Assembly: GCA_964403045.1 (NCBI GenBank)
Contig: CAYOEP010000002.1
Coordinates: 2,452-66,451, forward strand
Origin: an uncultured Candidatus Saccharibacteria bacterium
GTDB taxonomy: Bacteria; Patescibacteriota; Minisyncoccia; UBA6257; 2-01-FULL-56-20
Direction: 5' to 3'
DNA length: 64,000 nucleotides
Positions within the stretch are counted from its first letter, which is position 1, and the number at the start of each line of letters is the position of its first letter. Below the pieces are notes generated by a model. It did no database searches and had not been told where the DNA came from. It saw nothing but the letters and a program-made list of their open reading frames with translations. A program made the translations under genes and the position numbers. Below are positions 30,163 through 39,393 of the stretch, one piece after another.

Positions 30163-31557
30163 ATGAAAGTCACACTTCGCAGAGCGCAAGATATTCCCCG
30201 CGCGCTCTCCCAAAACGCTGCATTGCTTTCACTCCTGAAGGGAGAGCGTACATTGTTTTTTCAGCAGGGGAAGCGTGTGGTACTGCAGCTTGGCGTGGGC
30301 GCGCGGAAACTTTCCTTGCGACAGTGCCGCCTTATTATCCGCCGTGCAATTGCAGAGACAAAACGGCACGGTATTTCCCGTCTTGTTGTGCCGTTATCTG
30401 AGTGTCAGCGATGGTGTGCGTTCTCTGCCTCCCTTCCTCGCTTGGCGGAGCTTTGGGCGTTGGAAGGTGCACTTGCTGACTTTTCATTTCTCTACCGGAA
30501 ACCGCGGTTTGGCGAGAAAGGACTTACAGAACTTATCCTTCTTGCTGCGCAGAGCGATCTTGTTCGGTTACGGCAGTCGGCGCGGCGGGGCATGGTTATT
30601 GCAGAAGAAGTGAATCGGTGCCGCGCGCTCGCAAACACTCCGGGAGGAGAAATGACGCCGCGCCTCCTTGCCCGCGCTGCCCGGGATGCGGCGCGCAGGA
30701 CAGCCGTGACGGTAAAAGTACTGCGCGAGTCATCCCTGCGCCGCCTTAAGATGGGCGGTGTGCTGGGTGTTTCGCGTGGATCTGCAGAGCCGCCTCGTTT
30801 TATTGTGATGGAGTATTGGGGCGGCACAAGAAAGCAACCCCCGGTAGTTTTGGTAGGGAAGGGTGTTACCTTTGATACCGGCGGCCTCAACTTGAAGCCG
30901 ACTGATCATATCTTAGATATGCATATGGATATGTCGGGCGGCGCGGCAGTTATCCATGCGCTTGTTCTCGCCGCACGCTTGCGGATCCGCAGGAATGTGG
31001 TGGGTCTTATTCCTGCGGTGGAGAATATGCCTTCCGGCGAGAGTCTTCGTCCCGGGGATATTCTCACAATGATGTCGGGCGTCACTGTGGAAGTGCTTAA
31101 TACTGATGCGGAGGGAAGAATTATTCTCGCTGACGCGCTCACCTATGCGGCGCGCTACCACCCCTCGCTTGTAGTTGATATTGCAACGCTCACTGGCGCC
31201 TCGATGGTGGCACTCGGCCAGCGTGCTGCCGCAATTTTTACCCGCGACGACGCCCTCGCTGATCTCTGCGGGCGGCTTGGCGAAGAGACGGGAGACTACG
31301 TGTGGCGTCTGCCGCTGTGGGATGAGTATGCGGAAGAAATCCGCGGTACTTTTGCAGATTTTGCCAATGTTCAAAAATCGAAGTATGGAGGCGCGATTAT
31401 CGGTGCGGTCTTTCTCGAGCAATTTGCGAAGCAATTTCCGAAGTGGCTCCACATCGATATTGCGCCACGGATGACCTCAATTGAAGGCGAGTATCTCGCG
31501 AAAGGTGCAACTGGTGCGGGAGTGCAATTGCTCTTGCGGCTTCTTGAAGAGGTTTAA
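30163..31557 (+). CDS. pepA: Leucyl aminopeptidase (M17 family)
   Basis: The M17 signature NTDAEGRL is present (VLNTDAEGRIILADAL), with the metal ligands in order. Confidence 0.9.
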   Translation: MKVTLRRAQDIPRALSQNAALLSLLKGERTLFFQQGKRVVLQLGVGARKLSLRQCRLIIRRAIAETKRHGISRLVVPLSECQRWCAFSASLPRLAELWALEGALADFSFLYRKPRFGEKGLTELILLAAQSDLVRLRQSARRGMVIAEEVNRCRALANTPGGEMTPRLLARAARDAARRTAVTVKVLRESSLRRLKMGGVLGVSRGSAEPPRFIVMEYWGGTRKQPPVVLVGKGVTFDTGGLNLKPTDHILDMHMDMSGGAAVIHALVLAARLRIRRNVVGLIPAVENMPSGESLRPGDILTMMSGVTVEVLNTDAEGRIILADALTYAARYHPSLVVDIATLTGASMVALGQRAAAIFTRDDALADLCGRLGEETGDYVWRLPLWDEYAEEIRGTFADFANVQKSKYGGAIIGAVFLEQFAKQFPKWLHIDIAPRMTSIEGEYLAKGATGAGVQLLLRLLEEV

Positions 31558-31846
31558 AGAAAAGAAAAAAGCACCATTCCGCGCCCGTGTACTTGCGGTG
31601 GTGCGCAGCATACCGAAAGGGCAGGTGTTGAGCTACAAAGAGGTTGCGCGCCGTGCGGGCAACCCGCGCGCGGCACGGGCGGTAGGAAGCATCCTTCATC
31701 GCAATTTCAATCCCCGCATTCCCTGCCATCGCGTGGTTCGCGCTGATGGCGGATTGGGAGGGTACAACCGTGGCATTGCAAAGAAACACGCCCTCCTGCG
31801 TAAGGAGGGCGTGCCCTTGCCGTGCCCCGACAAGAAGAGGCGGTAG
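31544..31846 (+). CDS. ogt: Methylated-DNA--protein-cysteine methyltransferase, DNA-binding/active-site domain only
   Basis: It has the HTH region FRARVLAVVRSIPKGQVLSYKEVA and the active-site PCHRV. The start is uncertain: TTG 31544 or ATG 31481, the latter overlapping pepA by 77 nt. Confidence 0.7.
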   Translation: MKRFKEKKKAPFRARVLAVVRSIPKGQVLSYKEVARRAGNPRAARAVGSILHRNFNPRIPCHRVVRADGGLGGYNRGIAKKHALLRKEGVPLPCPDKKRR

Positions 31847-31852
31847 GCGATA

Positions 31853-32275
31853 TTATTTTCCCTTTACCTTGACCTTAATCGCTTTCTTCTTCGGTTCGCT
31901 CTGTTTCGGCATTACGATCTTGAGCACTCCTTTCTCATAGCTTGCTTCAGTCTTTTCTTCCTTGACAGGAACGGGCAGCTGAATTGCTCGCTCGAACGAC
32001 CCACTGCGAATTTCTTTGCGCCAATAACCTTTCTTTTTCTCTTCTTTCTTTTCTTCAGTCGTGCCGGTAACGTGGAGTACTTGATTTTCCACCGTTACCT
32101 GCACTTTCTCGGGATCGATGTTGGGAAGATTGAGCTCGGCAACTACCTCCTTGTCGGTTTCGTAGAGGTTCATTGCCGGCTCGAAAAGTTTTGTTTTCGG
32201 TATGACAGGCAAGAACCAGTCATCGTCCTCGAAGAAGCGATCAAGGTCAAGAGGTCTCCATGGAATAAGCGGCAT
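31853..32275 (-). CDS. Small heat shock protein (Hsp20/alpha-crystallin)
   Basis: The alpha-crystallin domain runs LYETDKEVVAELNLPNIDPEKVQVTVENQVLHVTG...SGSFERAIQLP...EASYEKGVLKIVMPK. The start was taken at ATG 32275 (MPLIPW) because an extended -10 TGGTATAAT lies at 32324..32316 on the minus strand. The open frame up to 32509 crosses a terminator hairpin. Confidence 0.75.
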   Translation of the reverse strand: MPLIPWRPLDLDRFFEDDDWFLPVIPKTKLFEPAMNLYETDKEVVAELNLPNIDPEKVQVTVENQVLHVTGTTEEKKEEKKKGYWRKEIRSGSFERAIQLPVPVKEEKTEASYEKGVLKIVMPKQSEPKKKAIKVKVKGK

Positions 32276-32340
32276 AGGCAAATGATTTCCTGCACATGCG
32301 ACCTTTTCATTTTTTATTATACCACGTTTGTCAAGTCCTT

Positions 32341-32379
32341 GCGGCAGAAAACAAAACACAGGAGCGTTCTCCTGTGTTT
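32341..32379 (-). terminator. Minus-strand intrinsic terminator upstream of the hsp20 promoter
   Basis: AAACACAGGAG-cgtt-CTCCTGTGTTT is an 11-bp stem. On the minus strand it is followed by TGTTTTCTGCC. Confidence 0.6.
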
Positions 32380-32546
32380 GGAAAAGAAAATTGCGCGATG
32401 GGGGATACTCTGCCGCTACAGGGAAGGTGGGGGTATGGGGTTTGGCATCGGGGGAGAAGTGCAGCACCCCCCATCGCGCATTGGAAGGCCTAGCAAAAGT
32501 ATAGAACAAAAACTAAATATTCGTCAAGAATTTGTTGGGGAAAAAG

Positions 32547-32572
32547 AGAAGCGCAGGGAGCTGCGCTTTCTT
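32547..32572. terminator. Hairpin with U-tracts on both strands (GAAGCGCAG-ggag-CTGCGCTTTC)
   Basis: Read directly. The minus strand has CTCTTTTT after the stem. The plus strand has TTCTTTGTGGTATTTGTGATTTT. Confidence 0.45.
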
Positions 32573-32719
32573 TGTGGTATTTGTGATTTTAGGGAAAGGG
32601 CGGTGCGACAGAAGAAGCTGGAGGGAAAGTAAAAATAAGTGCCGCGACGTCAAAAAACCTGAAAGGCATTGATGTGCTTCTGCCGCACCGCCGCAACAAA
32701 AAATAGAAAATCTATTTTC

Positions 32720-32748
32720 ATTATTGCAGTTTTGTGGTTGATTGTCAA
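32720..32748 (-). promoter_or_regulatory. Minus-strand sigma70-like promoter TTGACA-N17-AATAAT inside the hsp20–uvrB intergenic region
   Basis: The -35 is the complement of 32743-32748 and the -10 is the complement of 32720-32725. No annotated CDS follows on the minus strand before the terminators at 32572 and 32379. Confidence 0.5.
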
Positions 32749-32756
32749 ATAGAAAT

Positions 32757-32780
32757 CACACACAGCGGTAGCTGTGTGTG
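32757..32780. promoter_or_regulatory. Perfect 10-4-10 palindrome CACACACAGC-ggta-GCTGTGTGTG (candidate operator)
   Basis: Read directly. It sits immediately upstream of the minus-strand -35 and about 190 nt upstream of uvrB. Confidence 0.5.
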
Positions 32781-32966
32781 ATTGAAAATGGTGTGGCACA
32801 GGCGGGAATGCTGGGCCGAGAAACGAAATGGAAGGGAGAACACCAACGGGCTTTGTTTCCCGCCCGTGCCACTGTAGAGCTGCAAGTATTATAGCGCTAG
32901 GTTGGAATTTTTGCAAGTCCTTGTTGTGAAATTGTGGTTGGCTGCTACAATTTGCGGGGAATAGCA

Positions 32967-34970
32967 ATGAATAGAGGGCATAGCTTTCGTATCAGGAGTA
33001 AATTTTTGCCGAAAGGTGATCAACCAAAAGCAATCCGCGCCCTTGTACGTGGCTTACGGCGCGGCTTTCGGCATCAGACACTCCTCGGGGTGACAGGAAG
33101 CGGCAAGACATTCACTATTGCCAATGTTATTGCAAAGGTGCAGCGCCCGACGCTTGTCATTGCCCACAATAAGACGCTCGCCGCGCAGCTCTGCAACGAG
33201 TTCCGCGAACTTTTCCCGGACAACGCGGTGCACTATTTTGTGTCGTACTACGATTACTATCAGCCGGAAGCATACCTTCCTGCGACGGATACTTACATTG
33301 GCAAAGAGGCGATGATCAATGAGGAAATTGACCGTCTCCGCCATGCAGCAACAGCGGCGCTCCTCACACGGCGTGATGTGATTGTAGTGGCGTCTGTCTC
33401 CTGTATTTACGGGCTGGGGGCACCTGAAGTGTATCGCGAGGAACTTATTGCGGTTCACGAGGGCGATACGATAGAACGCGCTTCATTTTCGCGTCGTCTT
33501 GTAGGGCTGCAGTTCCAGCGAGTGACGGTGGGGCTGCGCCGTGGCACCTTCCGGCTCCGCGGCGATACATGGGAAATTATGCCGCCCGACAAGGAGCGCA
33601 TTTACCGTATCCATGTCCGCCTTGGAAAGGTACGGGAGATTTATGAGGTAGACCCCGTCGTTGGTTTTCGAGAAGGGAAAACGCCGCGGCTTCGGGAAAT
33701 CGTTATTGCTCCCGCACGCCACTTTGTAACCCGCCCGGTGGATCGGGAACGCGCCCTCAAGGCAATAGAGCGTGAGCTTGCCGCCCGCCTCCGCTATTTC
33801 ACGAGGAAGGGGAAATATCTCGAAGCAGAACGCTTGGAGCGGAGAACAAAATTTGATCTCGCAATGATGCGCGAGGTGGGTTATTGTCACGGTATAGAGA
33901 ATTACTCCCGCCACTTGTCGGGGCGAAAGGCAGGAGAGCCGCCCGATACTCTCCTTTCCTATTTCCCTCCTGATTTTCTTACCGTGATTGACGAGTCGCA
34001 TATTACCATCCCGCAGCTTCGCGGGATGTATGAAGGGGATCTTTCCCGAAAAAAGACGCTCGTGGAATATGGGTTCCGGCTTCCCTCTGCGCTGGATAAT
34101 CGCCCCCTTACCTTCAAAGAATTTGAAGCACGGGTGGGGCAGGTTATCTATACTTCCGCGACGCCGGGCCCCTATGAACTTCGCAAAAGCGCGCAGGTAG
34201 TGGAGCAAATTATTCGTCCGACAGGGCTGGTGGACCCCGAAGTTATCATTCGTCCTGCCAAGGGGCAAGTAGACGACCTTGTGGGGAGAATTCAAGAACG
34301 CGTGGCGCAGAATGATCGGGTGCTCGTTACCACACTGACTAAGCGGATGGCGGAGGAGTTGAGCGAGTATCTCGCGGATCAAGGCATTAAGGTCACCTAC
34401 CTCCACAGTGATATTAAGACATTGGAACGGGTGCGCATCCTCACAGATTTTCGGCGGGGGAAATTTACAGTGCTTGTCGGAGTTAATCTCCTCCGCGAAG
34501 GCCTTGATCTCCCTGAAGTTTCTCTTGTCGCGATTTTGGATGCTGATAAAGAAGGGTTTCTCAGGAACGAAACTTCGCTCATTCAAACAATCGGCCGTGC
34601 GGCACGGAACGTGCGGGGCACGGTGGTTCTGTATGCTGATTACGAAACTGCATCCCTCAAGAAGGCGGTGGCAGAAACACGGCGGCGGCGGAAACTGCAG
34701 ATTGCTTATAACAAGAAGCACGGCATTACCCCCGCGACAATCCAGAAAGAAATCCGCGATATTATGGGAGAAGAGAAGCGGGAGGCGCTTGCCCGCGCAA
34801 CTGCTGCATTGGAGCTTGCGCCCGCCAAGCGTATTCCTCTCAAGGAATTGATTCGCCAAAAGGAAGAAGAAATGAAACGCGCGGCGGAGGCGCTGGATTT
34901 TGAGCTCGCTGCAATTTTGCGGGACGAAATTCGGGAACTGAAAAGAACGGGGAGCCGGGCGCGGAAATAA
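32967..34970 (+). CDS. uvrB: Excinuclease ABC subunit B
   Basis: The N-terminus is FLPKGDQPKAI. Helicase motifs are GVTGSGKT and DESH. The C-terminal UVR domain reads ALDFELAAILRDEIRELK. The start was taken at MNRGHSF. Confidence 0.95.
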   Translation: MNRGHSFRIRSKFLPKGDQPKAIRALVRGLRRGFRHQTLLGVTGSGKTFTIANVIAKVQRPTLVIAHNKTLAAQLCNEFRELFPDNAVHYFVSYYDYYQPEAYLPATDTYIGKEAMINEEIDRLRHAATAALLTRRDVIVVASVSCIYGLGAPEVYREELIAVHEGDTIERASFSRRLVGLQFQRVTVGLRRGTFRLRGDTWEIMPPDKERIYRIHVRLGKVREIYEVDPVVGFREGKTPRLREIVIAPARHFVTRPVDRERALKAIERELAARLRYFTRKGKYLEAERLERRTKFDLAMMREVGYCHGIENYSRHLSGRKAGEPPDTLLSYFPPDFLTVIDESHITIPQLRGMYEGDLSRKKTLVEYGFRLPSALDNRPLTFKEFEARVGQVIYTSATPGPYELRKSAQVVEQIIRPTGLVDPEVIIRPAKGQVDDLVGRIQERVAQNDRVLVTTLTKRMAEELSEYLADQGIKVTYLHSDIKTLERVRILTDFRRGKFTVLVGVNLLREGLDLPEVSLVAILDADKEGFLRNETSLIQTIGRAARNVRGTVVLYADYETASLKKAVAETRRRRKLQIAYNKKHGITPATIQKEIRDIMGEEKREALARATAALELAPAKRIPLKELIRQKEEEMKRAAEALDFELAAILRDEIRELKRTGSRARK

Positions 34971-35066
34971 CCCAGAGAGGTTGCCTTGCGGCGCGGGGCG
35001 TCGTACAATGCAGGGCATCACCCCCTAGAAGCAAGTGGAGAGGGGGCAATTGTAGTGGGAAGAATT

Positions 35067-37595
35067 ATGATGCTGCAAGAGCAACGCAATAAGATTGTGA
35101 TTAAGGGTGCCCGGGAGCATAATTTGAAAAATGTGCACCTAGAGTTGCCCCGCGACAAGATGATTGTGTTTACGGGATTGTCCGGTTCAGGGAAATCTTC
35201 GCTCGCCTTCGACACGATTTTTGCGGAGGGGCAGCGGAGATATATTGAATCGCTTTCCGCCTACGCACGGCAGTTTTTGGGAAAAATGGACAAGCCGGAC
35301 GTGGATGAAATTGAGGGGCTTTCCCCTGCAATTTCTATTGACCAAAAGAGTCATTCGTCAAATCCGAGATCTACAGTCGCGACTATCACGGAGATTTATG
35401 ACTATTTACGGGTACTCTATGCCCGTGCGGGAACGCCTCATTGCCCTACCTGCGGAAAGGAAATTCGCAAGATGGCCGCCTCTGAGATGGTGGATGCCAC
35501 GATCCAGTTCCTTCGCCGCCATCGTCATAGCAAAGAAGTTATAGTGCTGGCGCCTGCGGTGCGGGGGAGGAAGGGCGAGTATTACCAACTGCTCTATGAC
35601 TTTCTCAACGCGGGATTTTCTGAAGTGCGTGTGGATGGAAAGTTTTATTCATTGCGCCACCGTATTCCTCTAGACAGATACAGGCTCCACACCATTGAGT
35701 TAGTAGTGGATCGGCTTCCTGCGGACCTTGATTTTCGTGCAAGAGACAGCCGCCTCCGCGTGGCGGAGGCCGTGGAAACAGCATTGCGGTATGGAAATGA
35801 TGCTGTACTACTTGTTGCAGGGCGTGATGAGCATACAATGTCTGCGCGCTTTTCCTGTCCTGATGACCATGTTGCCTTTCCCGAAATTGAGCCGCGCCTT
35901 TTTTCTTTCAACAGCCCGTATGGGGCGTGCGAATTTTGCCATGGCATTGGCACGGAGAGTGTGTGGTCTGAGAAGCCCTGCACGCATTGTGCAGGGAAAC
36001 GTCTACGCCCGGAGGCGTTAAGCGTATTACTCGCAGGAAAAAATATTGCGTCTGTAACGGAACTTTCCATCGAGCGAGCATTACAGTTTTTCTCCTCGCT
36101 CCACTTTCGGGAGAAGAGTGTGCGGGAAATTGTAGAGGTGCCGGTGCGGGAAATTTTACACCGGCTGCAGTTCATGGTTGATGTGGGGCTGGACTACCTC
36201 ACGCTCGACCGTAAGGCGGGGACGCTTTCCGGTGGCGAGGCGCAGCGCATCCGCTTGGCGTCACAGTTGGGGTCGCGGCTGGTGGGTGCGCTCTATGTAT
36301 TAGATGAGCCGACGATAGGGTTGCACCAGCGCGATAACGCGAAACTCATCCAGACATTGAAAGAGCTCCGCGACTTGGGGAATACCATCATTGTGGTAGA
36401 GCATGATGAGGAAACAATCCGCGCGGCGGACTATCTTGTCGACATTGGGCCCGGCGCAGGGCGGCATGGGGGGGAAATCGTGGCAACGGGGGAAATTCCC
36501 CGCATATTCCGCGAGCGGCATCCTCGTTCGCTAACTCTTGCCTATTTGCGCGGCGATCGGCGTATTGAGGTGCCGGCGCAGCGCAGGCGTGTGGCAGGGC
36601 ACCATGATATGATTAGGATTCGCGGCGCAGAGGCGCACAATTTACAGAAAATCAATGTGGATATTCCGTTGCGGAGGTTCACGGTGGTGACCGGCGTCTC
36701 GGGCTCTGGCAAAAGCTCCCTTGTCTACGACGTTCTCTATAAGAATCTCGCAAAGCGTCTCCATGGGGCTGGATTTCGCCCCGGCAAAGTGCAGGCAATC
36801 TTGGGGACAGAATACCTCAATCGGGTGATTAACATTGACCAGTCGCCAATCGGGAGAACGCCGCGTTCCAATCCTGCCACCTACATTGGCGTGTGGACTT
36901 ATATCCGCGAGTTGTTCGCGGCTACTGAGGAGGCGCGGGTGCGCGGTTATAAGCCGGGAAGGTTCAGCTTTAATGTGAAGGGAGGGAGGTGTGAACATTG
37001 CGAGGGGCACGGCATTATCACGGTAGAGATGCATTTTCTTCCCGCGGTGCATGTGGTATGCGAAATTTGCGGTGGCAAGCGTTTTGACAGAGAGACATTG
37101 GAAGTTACCTACCGAGGAAAAAATATTTATGAGGTACTGGAAATGACAGTAGAAGAAGCATTGCAATTTTTCGGTGACGTACCCCACATTGCGGAGCGCC
37201 TCCGTGTACTCTATGAAGTAGGGCTTGGCTACCTGACGCTAGGTCAGTCTGCACCCACGCTCTCCGGCGGCGAGGCGCAGCGTGTGAAGCTGTCTGCGGA
37301 ACTTGGGAAGCCAGACACGCGCAAGACGCTCTACCTTTTGGATGAGCCAACTACAGGGTTGCACTTTGCGGATGTGGCGCAATTACTCGCGGTGCTTCAA
37401 CGTTTGGTGGATCGTGGCAATACTGTGGTGGTGATTGAGCATAACCTCGATGTGATTAAAAGTGCGGACTGGGTCATTGACTTGGGTCCGGAAGGAGGTA
37501 CGCGGGGCGGCAAGGTTGTTGCCTGCGGCACGCCGGAAGAAATTGCCCGAAAAAAGGGAAGCCATACGGGAAAATATCTCCGGAAAGTGCTGTAG
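35067..37595 (+). CDS. uvrA: Excinuclease ABC subunit A
   Basis: The start was taken at [22 protein letters not shown], with GGGAAG 4 nt upstream. It has two ABC modules ([18 protein letters not shown]; LSGGEAQR twice) and zinc-finger Cys clusters. Confidence 0.95.
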   Translation: MMLQEQRNKIVIKGAREHNLKNVHLELPRDKMIVFTGLSGSGKSSLAFDTIFAEGQRRYIESLSAYARQFLGKMDKPDVDEIEGLSPAISIDQKSHSSNPRSTVATITEIYDYLRVLYARAGTPHCPTCGKEIRKMAASEMVDATIQFLRRHRHSKEVIVLAPAVRGRKGEYYQLLYDFLNAGFSEVRVDGKFYSLRHRIPLDRYRLHTIELVVDRLPADLDFRARDSRLRVAEAVETALRYGNDAVLLVAGRDEHTMSARFSCPDDHVAFPEIEPRLFSFNSPYGACEFCHGIGTESVWSEKPCTHCAGKRLRPEALSVLLAGKNIASVTELSIERALQFFSSLHFREKSVREIVEVPVREILHRLQFMVDVGLDYLTLDRKAGTLSGGEAQRIRLASQLGSRLVGALYVLDEPTIGLHQRDNAKLIQTLKELRDLGNTIIVVEHDEETIRAADYLVDIGPGAGRHGGEIVATGEIPRIFRERHPRSLTLAYLRGDRRIEVPAQRRRVAGHHDMIRIRGAEAHNLQKINVDIPLRRFTVVTGVSGSGKSSLVYDVLYKNLAKRLHGAGFRPGKVQAILGTEYLNRVINIDQSPIGRTPRSNPATYIGVWTYIRELFAATEEARVRGYKPGRFSFNVKGGRCEHCEGHGIITVEMHFLPAVHVVCEICGGKRFDRETLEVTYRGKNIYEVLEMTVEEALQFFGDVPHIAERLRVLYEVGLGYLTLGQSAPTLSGGEAQRVKLSAELGKPDTRKTLYLLDEPTTGLHFADVAQLLAVLQRLVDRGNTVVVIEHNLDVIKSADWVIDLGPEGGTRGGKVVACGTPEEIARKKGSHTGKYLRKVL

Positions 37596-37608
37596 GCATC
37601 TTCCCTTG

Positions 37609-37636
37609 ACAGGAAAATGAGGGGTATGCTACAAAT
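37609..37636 (+). promoter_or_regulatory. Candidate promoter (TTGACA at 37609 with TACAAA/TATGCT -10 candidates) after uvrA
   Basis: The -35 hexamer is a perfect consensus. The -10 assignment is ambiguous. Confidence 0.35.
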
Positions 37637-37729
37637 TGCCTTGCCGATGCAGGCAGGGTAATCGGCCGCTTGGCTCTTGTTTCAGTCACTGCGCCTGCAT
37701 TGAAAGGTCGGTTCCATTGCACTGCACGT

Positions 37730-37837
37730 ATGGATTACGAGAAAGATCTCCGCGTCTTTGCTCAGGACGGCGAGCCGGAAGGCGGCGATGCGCCGCAGGG
37801 CGAAGAGGCAGGAACTGAAGGAGAGGCAAACGCGTAA
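37730..37837 (+). CDS. Candidate 35-aa acidic small ORF (MDYEKDLRVFAQDGEPEGGDAPQGEEAGTEGEANA) between uvrA and uvrC
   Basis: It is an ATG...TAA ORF below the track cutoff. There is no clear SD. It is followed 9 nt later by a strong terminator. It may instead be part of a non-coding leader or sRNA. Confidence 0.25.
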   Translation: MDYEKDLRVFAQDGEPEGGDAPQGEEAGTEGEANA

Positions 37838-37845
37838 CTCCTTCG

Positions 37846-37878
37846 AAGCCCCCCTTTGCGGGGGGCTTTGTTTTTTTT
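37846..37878 (+). terminator. Strong intrinsic terminator ending 10 nt before the uvrC start codon
   Basis: AAGCCCCCC-tttgc-GGGGGGCTT followed by TGTTTTTTTT. Confidence 0.75.
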
Positions 37879-37887
37879 AGAAAAACG

Positions 37888-39114
37888 ATGCCGAACGAAG
37901 TGGAACGGGCTCAATACCAACTCCTTCCCCAGTGCCCCGGCGTTTATCTGATGCGGGATGCCCGCCGGCGGGTGCTCTATGTGGGGAAGGCGGTCAACTT
38001 GCGCCGACGCGTGGCGAGCTATTTTCAGCGCACCCACGATCCTCGCCTTACCGCAATGGTGGAGAAAGTGCGCAAGGTTGCTTTTGTGGCGACCGATTCA
38101 GCGGTGGAGGCGCTTCTCCTCGAGGCAGCACTGATTAAAAAGTACCAGCCTCCCTACAACATTAAAGAGAAAGATGACAAGAGCTTTCTGTATATTGAAA
38201 TTACCGATGAGCCTTTCCCGCGTGTGCTCCTTGTCCGCGGCACCGCGCCGCCGCGGGGTGAGCGCTTTGGTCCTTTTACCTCTGCCCATACGGTCAGGAA
38301 CGCCCTGCGCCTTCTAAGAAAGATATTCCCTTTCCACACCCATCCGCCGCGCAGGGTGGGGAAGGGAGGCAGGCCTTGCTTAGAATACGAACTTGGCTTG
38401 TGTCCAGGGACGTGCGCGGGCGCGGTTTCGGCGTGCGAGTACCGCACCACAATCCGCAATTTGAAACTTTTTCTTTTGGGAAAAAAAGACAAGGTACTGC
38501 GCTTGCTCGCGCGTGAGATGGAACGTGCTAGCAAGGAGCTGCGTTTTGAAGATGCGGCGCGGATAAGGAAGCAAATTTTTGCCTTGCGGCATATTCAGGA
38601 TGCTGCCCTCATTGATCGCTCGTTTCTCGGCGAAGAGGAAAGCGCCCCGCCGGTGCGCGTTGAGGGATACGATATTTCGAACATATCCGGGCGGAGTGCG
38701 GTAGGGTCAATGGTCGTGTTCCGCAACGGGGAGCCTGCCAAGAGCGAGTATCGGAAATTCCGTATCAGGACAGTGGCAGGCGCGAATGACACTGCGATGC
38801 TTGCCGAGGTACTGCGCCGCCGCCTCGCGCACCATTGGCCGCTCCCCATGCTCATCCTCGTGGACGGTGGCATTGCGCAGGTGAATGCCGCGCGGCGGGC
38901 ATTGGAGGAAGCAGGGGTGCGGGTGCCTGTGGTGGGAATGGCGAAAGGAAGGGACCGCAAGGGTACTACCATAGTGGGGAAAGTCCCTGCAGGCATCTCC
39001 CATGCGCTTCTCGTGCGGGTGCGGGATGAGGCGCACCGGTTTGCTGTCAGCTATCACCGCCGGCTGCGCTCGCGGACAATGCTTGGCAACTCGGATGCTG
39101 GGAAGAGAAAATAA
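37888..39114 (+). CDS. uvrC: Excinuclease ABC subunit C, short form lacking the C-terminal (HhH)2 domain
   Basis: The GIY-YIG N-terminus is PGVYLMRDARRRVLYVGKAVNLRRRVASYF. A Cys-rich region follows. The RNase H-like endonuclease region is VRVEGYDISNISGRSAVGSMVVF...YRKFRI. It ends at about 408 aa. Confidence 0.85.
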   Translation: MPNEVERAQYQLLPQCPGVYLMRDARRRVLYVGKAVNLRRRVASYFQRTHDPRLTAMVEKVRKVAFVATDSAVEALLLEAALIKKYQPPYNIKEKDDKSFLYIEITDEPFPRVLLVRGTAPPRGERFGPFTSAHTVRNALRLLRKIFPFHTHPPRRVGKGGRPCLEYELGLCPGTCAGAVSACEYRTTIRNLKLFLLGKKDKVLRLLAREMERASKELRFEDAARIRKQIFALRHIQDAALIDRSFLGEEESAPPVRVEGYDISNISGRSAVGSMVVFRNGEPAKSEYRKFRIRTVAGANDTAMLAEVLRRRLAHHWPLPMLILVDGGIAQVNAARRALEEAGVRVPVVGMAKGRDRKGTTIVGKVPAGISHALLVRVRDEAHRFAVSYHRRLRSRTMLGNSDAGKRK

Positions 39115-39123
39115 TTTGATACA

Positions 39124-39393
39124 ATGGGGATAATGCAGGACACCTTGTACTCCCTCCCGCAAGTCTCACTCACCTCCGCGCAGCTTGTCGCCGCGGTTTC
39201 TCCTTGGTATCTCGCGCTTGCGTTTGCGCTTGTCCTTGCGCTGTTCGTTTTCTTTACAATCGTATTGCGCTACCACTGGAAGCATTACGCGCTCAATCCG
39301 CGCGCTGCGAAGTTGGCATCACGTATTTATATGACAGGATCTGCGATCCTGTTGGTCGCTGCGGTAGTAGTGTTTGTTCTCTATAGCATATGA
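39124..39393 (+). CDS. Small 2-TM membrane protein, translationally coupled (ATGA) to the downstream bPH_2 gene
   Basis: Two hydrophobic helices. The stop overlaps the next gene's ATG. Confidence 0.45.
   Translation: MGIMQDTLYSLPQVSLTSAQLVAAVSPWYLALAFALVLALFVFFTIVLRYHWKHYALNPRAAKLASRIYMTGSAILLVAAVVVFVLYSI

Noticed and set aside
32276-32509. N-terminal extension of the hsp20 ORF to 218 aa
   Set aside because: The extension reads through a strong minus-strand terminator hairpin and an extended -10 promoter (TGGTATAAT) that sits right before ATG 32275. The shorter 140-aa protein matches normal sHSP length.
32072-32632. 186-aa plus-strand ORF crossing the hsp20 start and the intergenic region
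   Set aside because: It runs antisense through the hsp20 N-terminus and promoter and through a terminator hairpin. It has no RBS and no recognisable domains.
32326-32966. tmRNA, SRP RNA or RNase P RNA in the long hsp20–uvrB spacer
   Set aside because: I looked for tmRNA hallmarks: a tRNA-like GGTTCGA T-arm, a terminal CCA and an ANDENYALAA-type tag ORF. I looked for the SRP domain IV motif and for RNase P conserved regions. None was found on either strand. Any RNA here is of unrecognised type.
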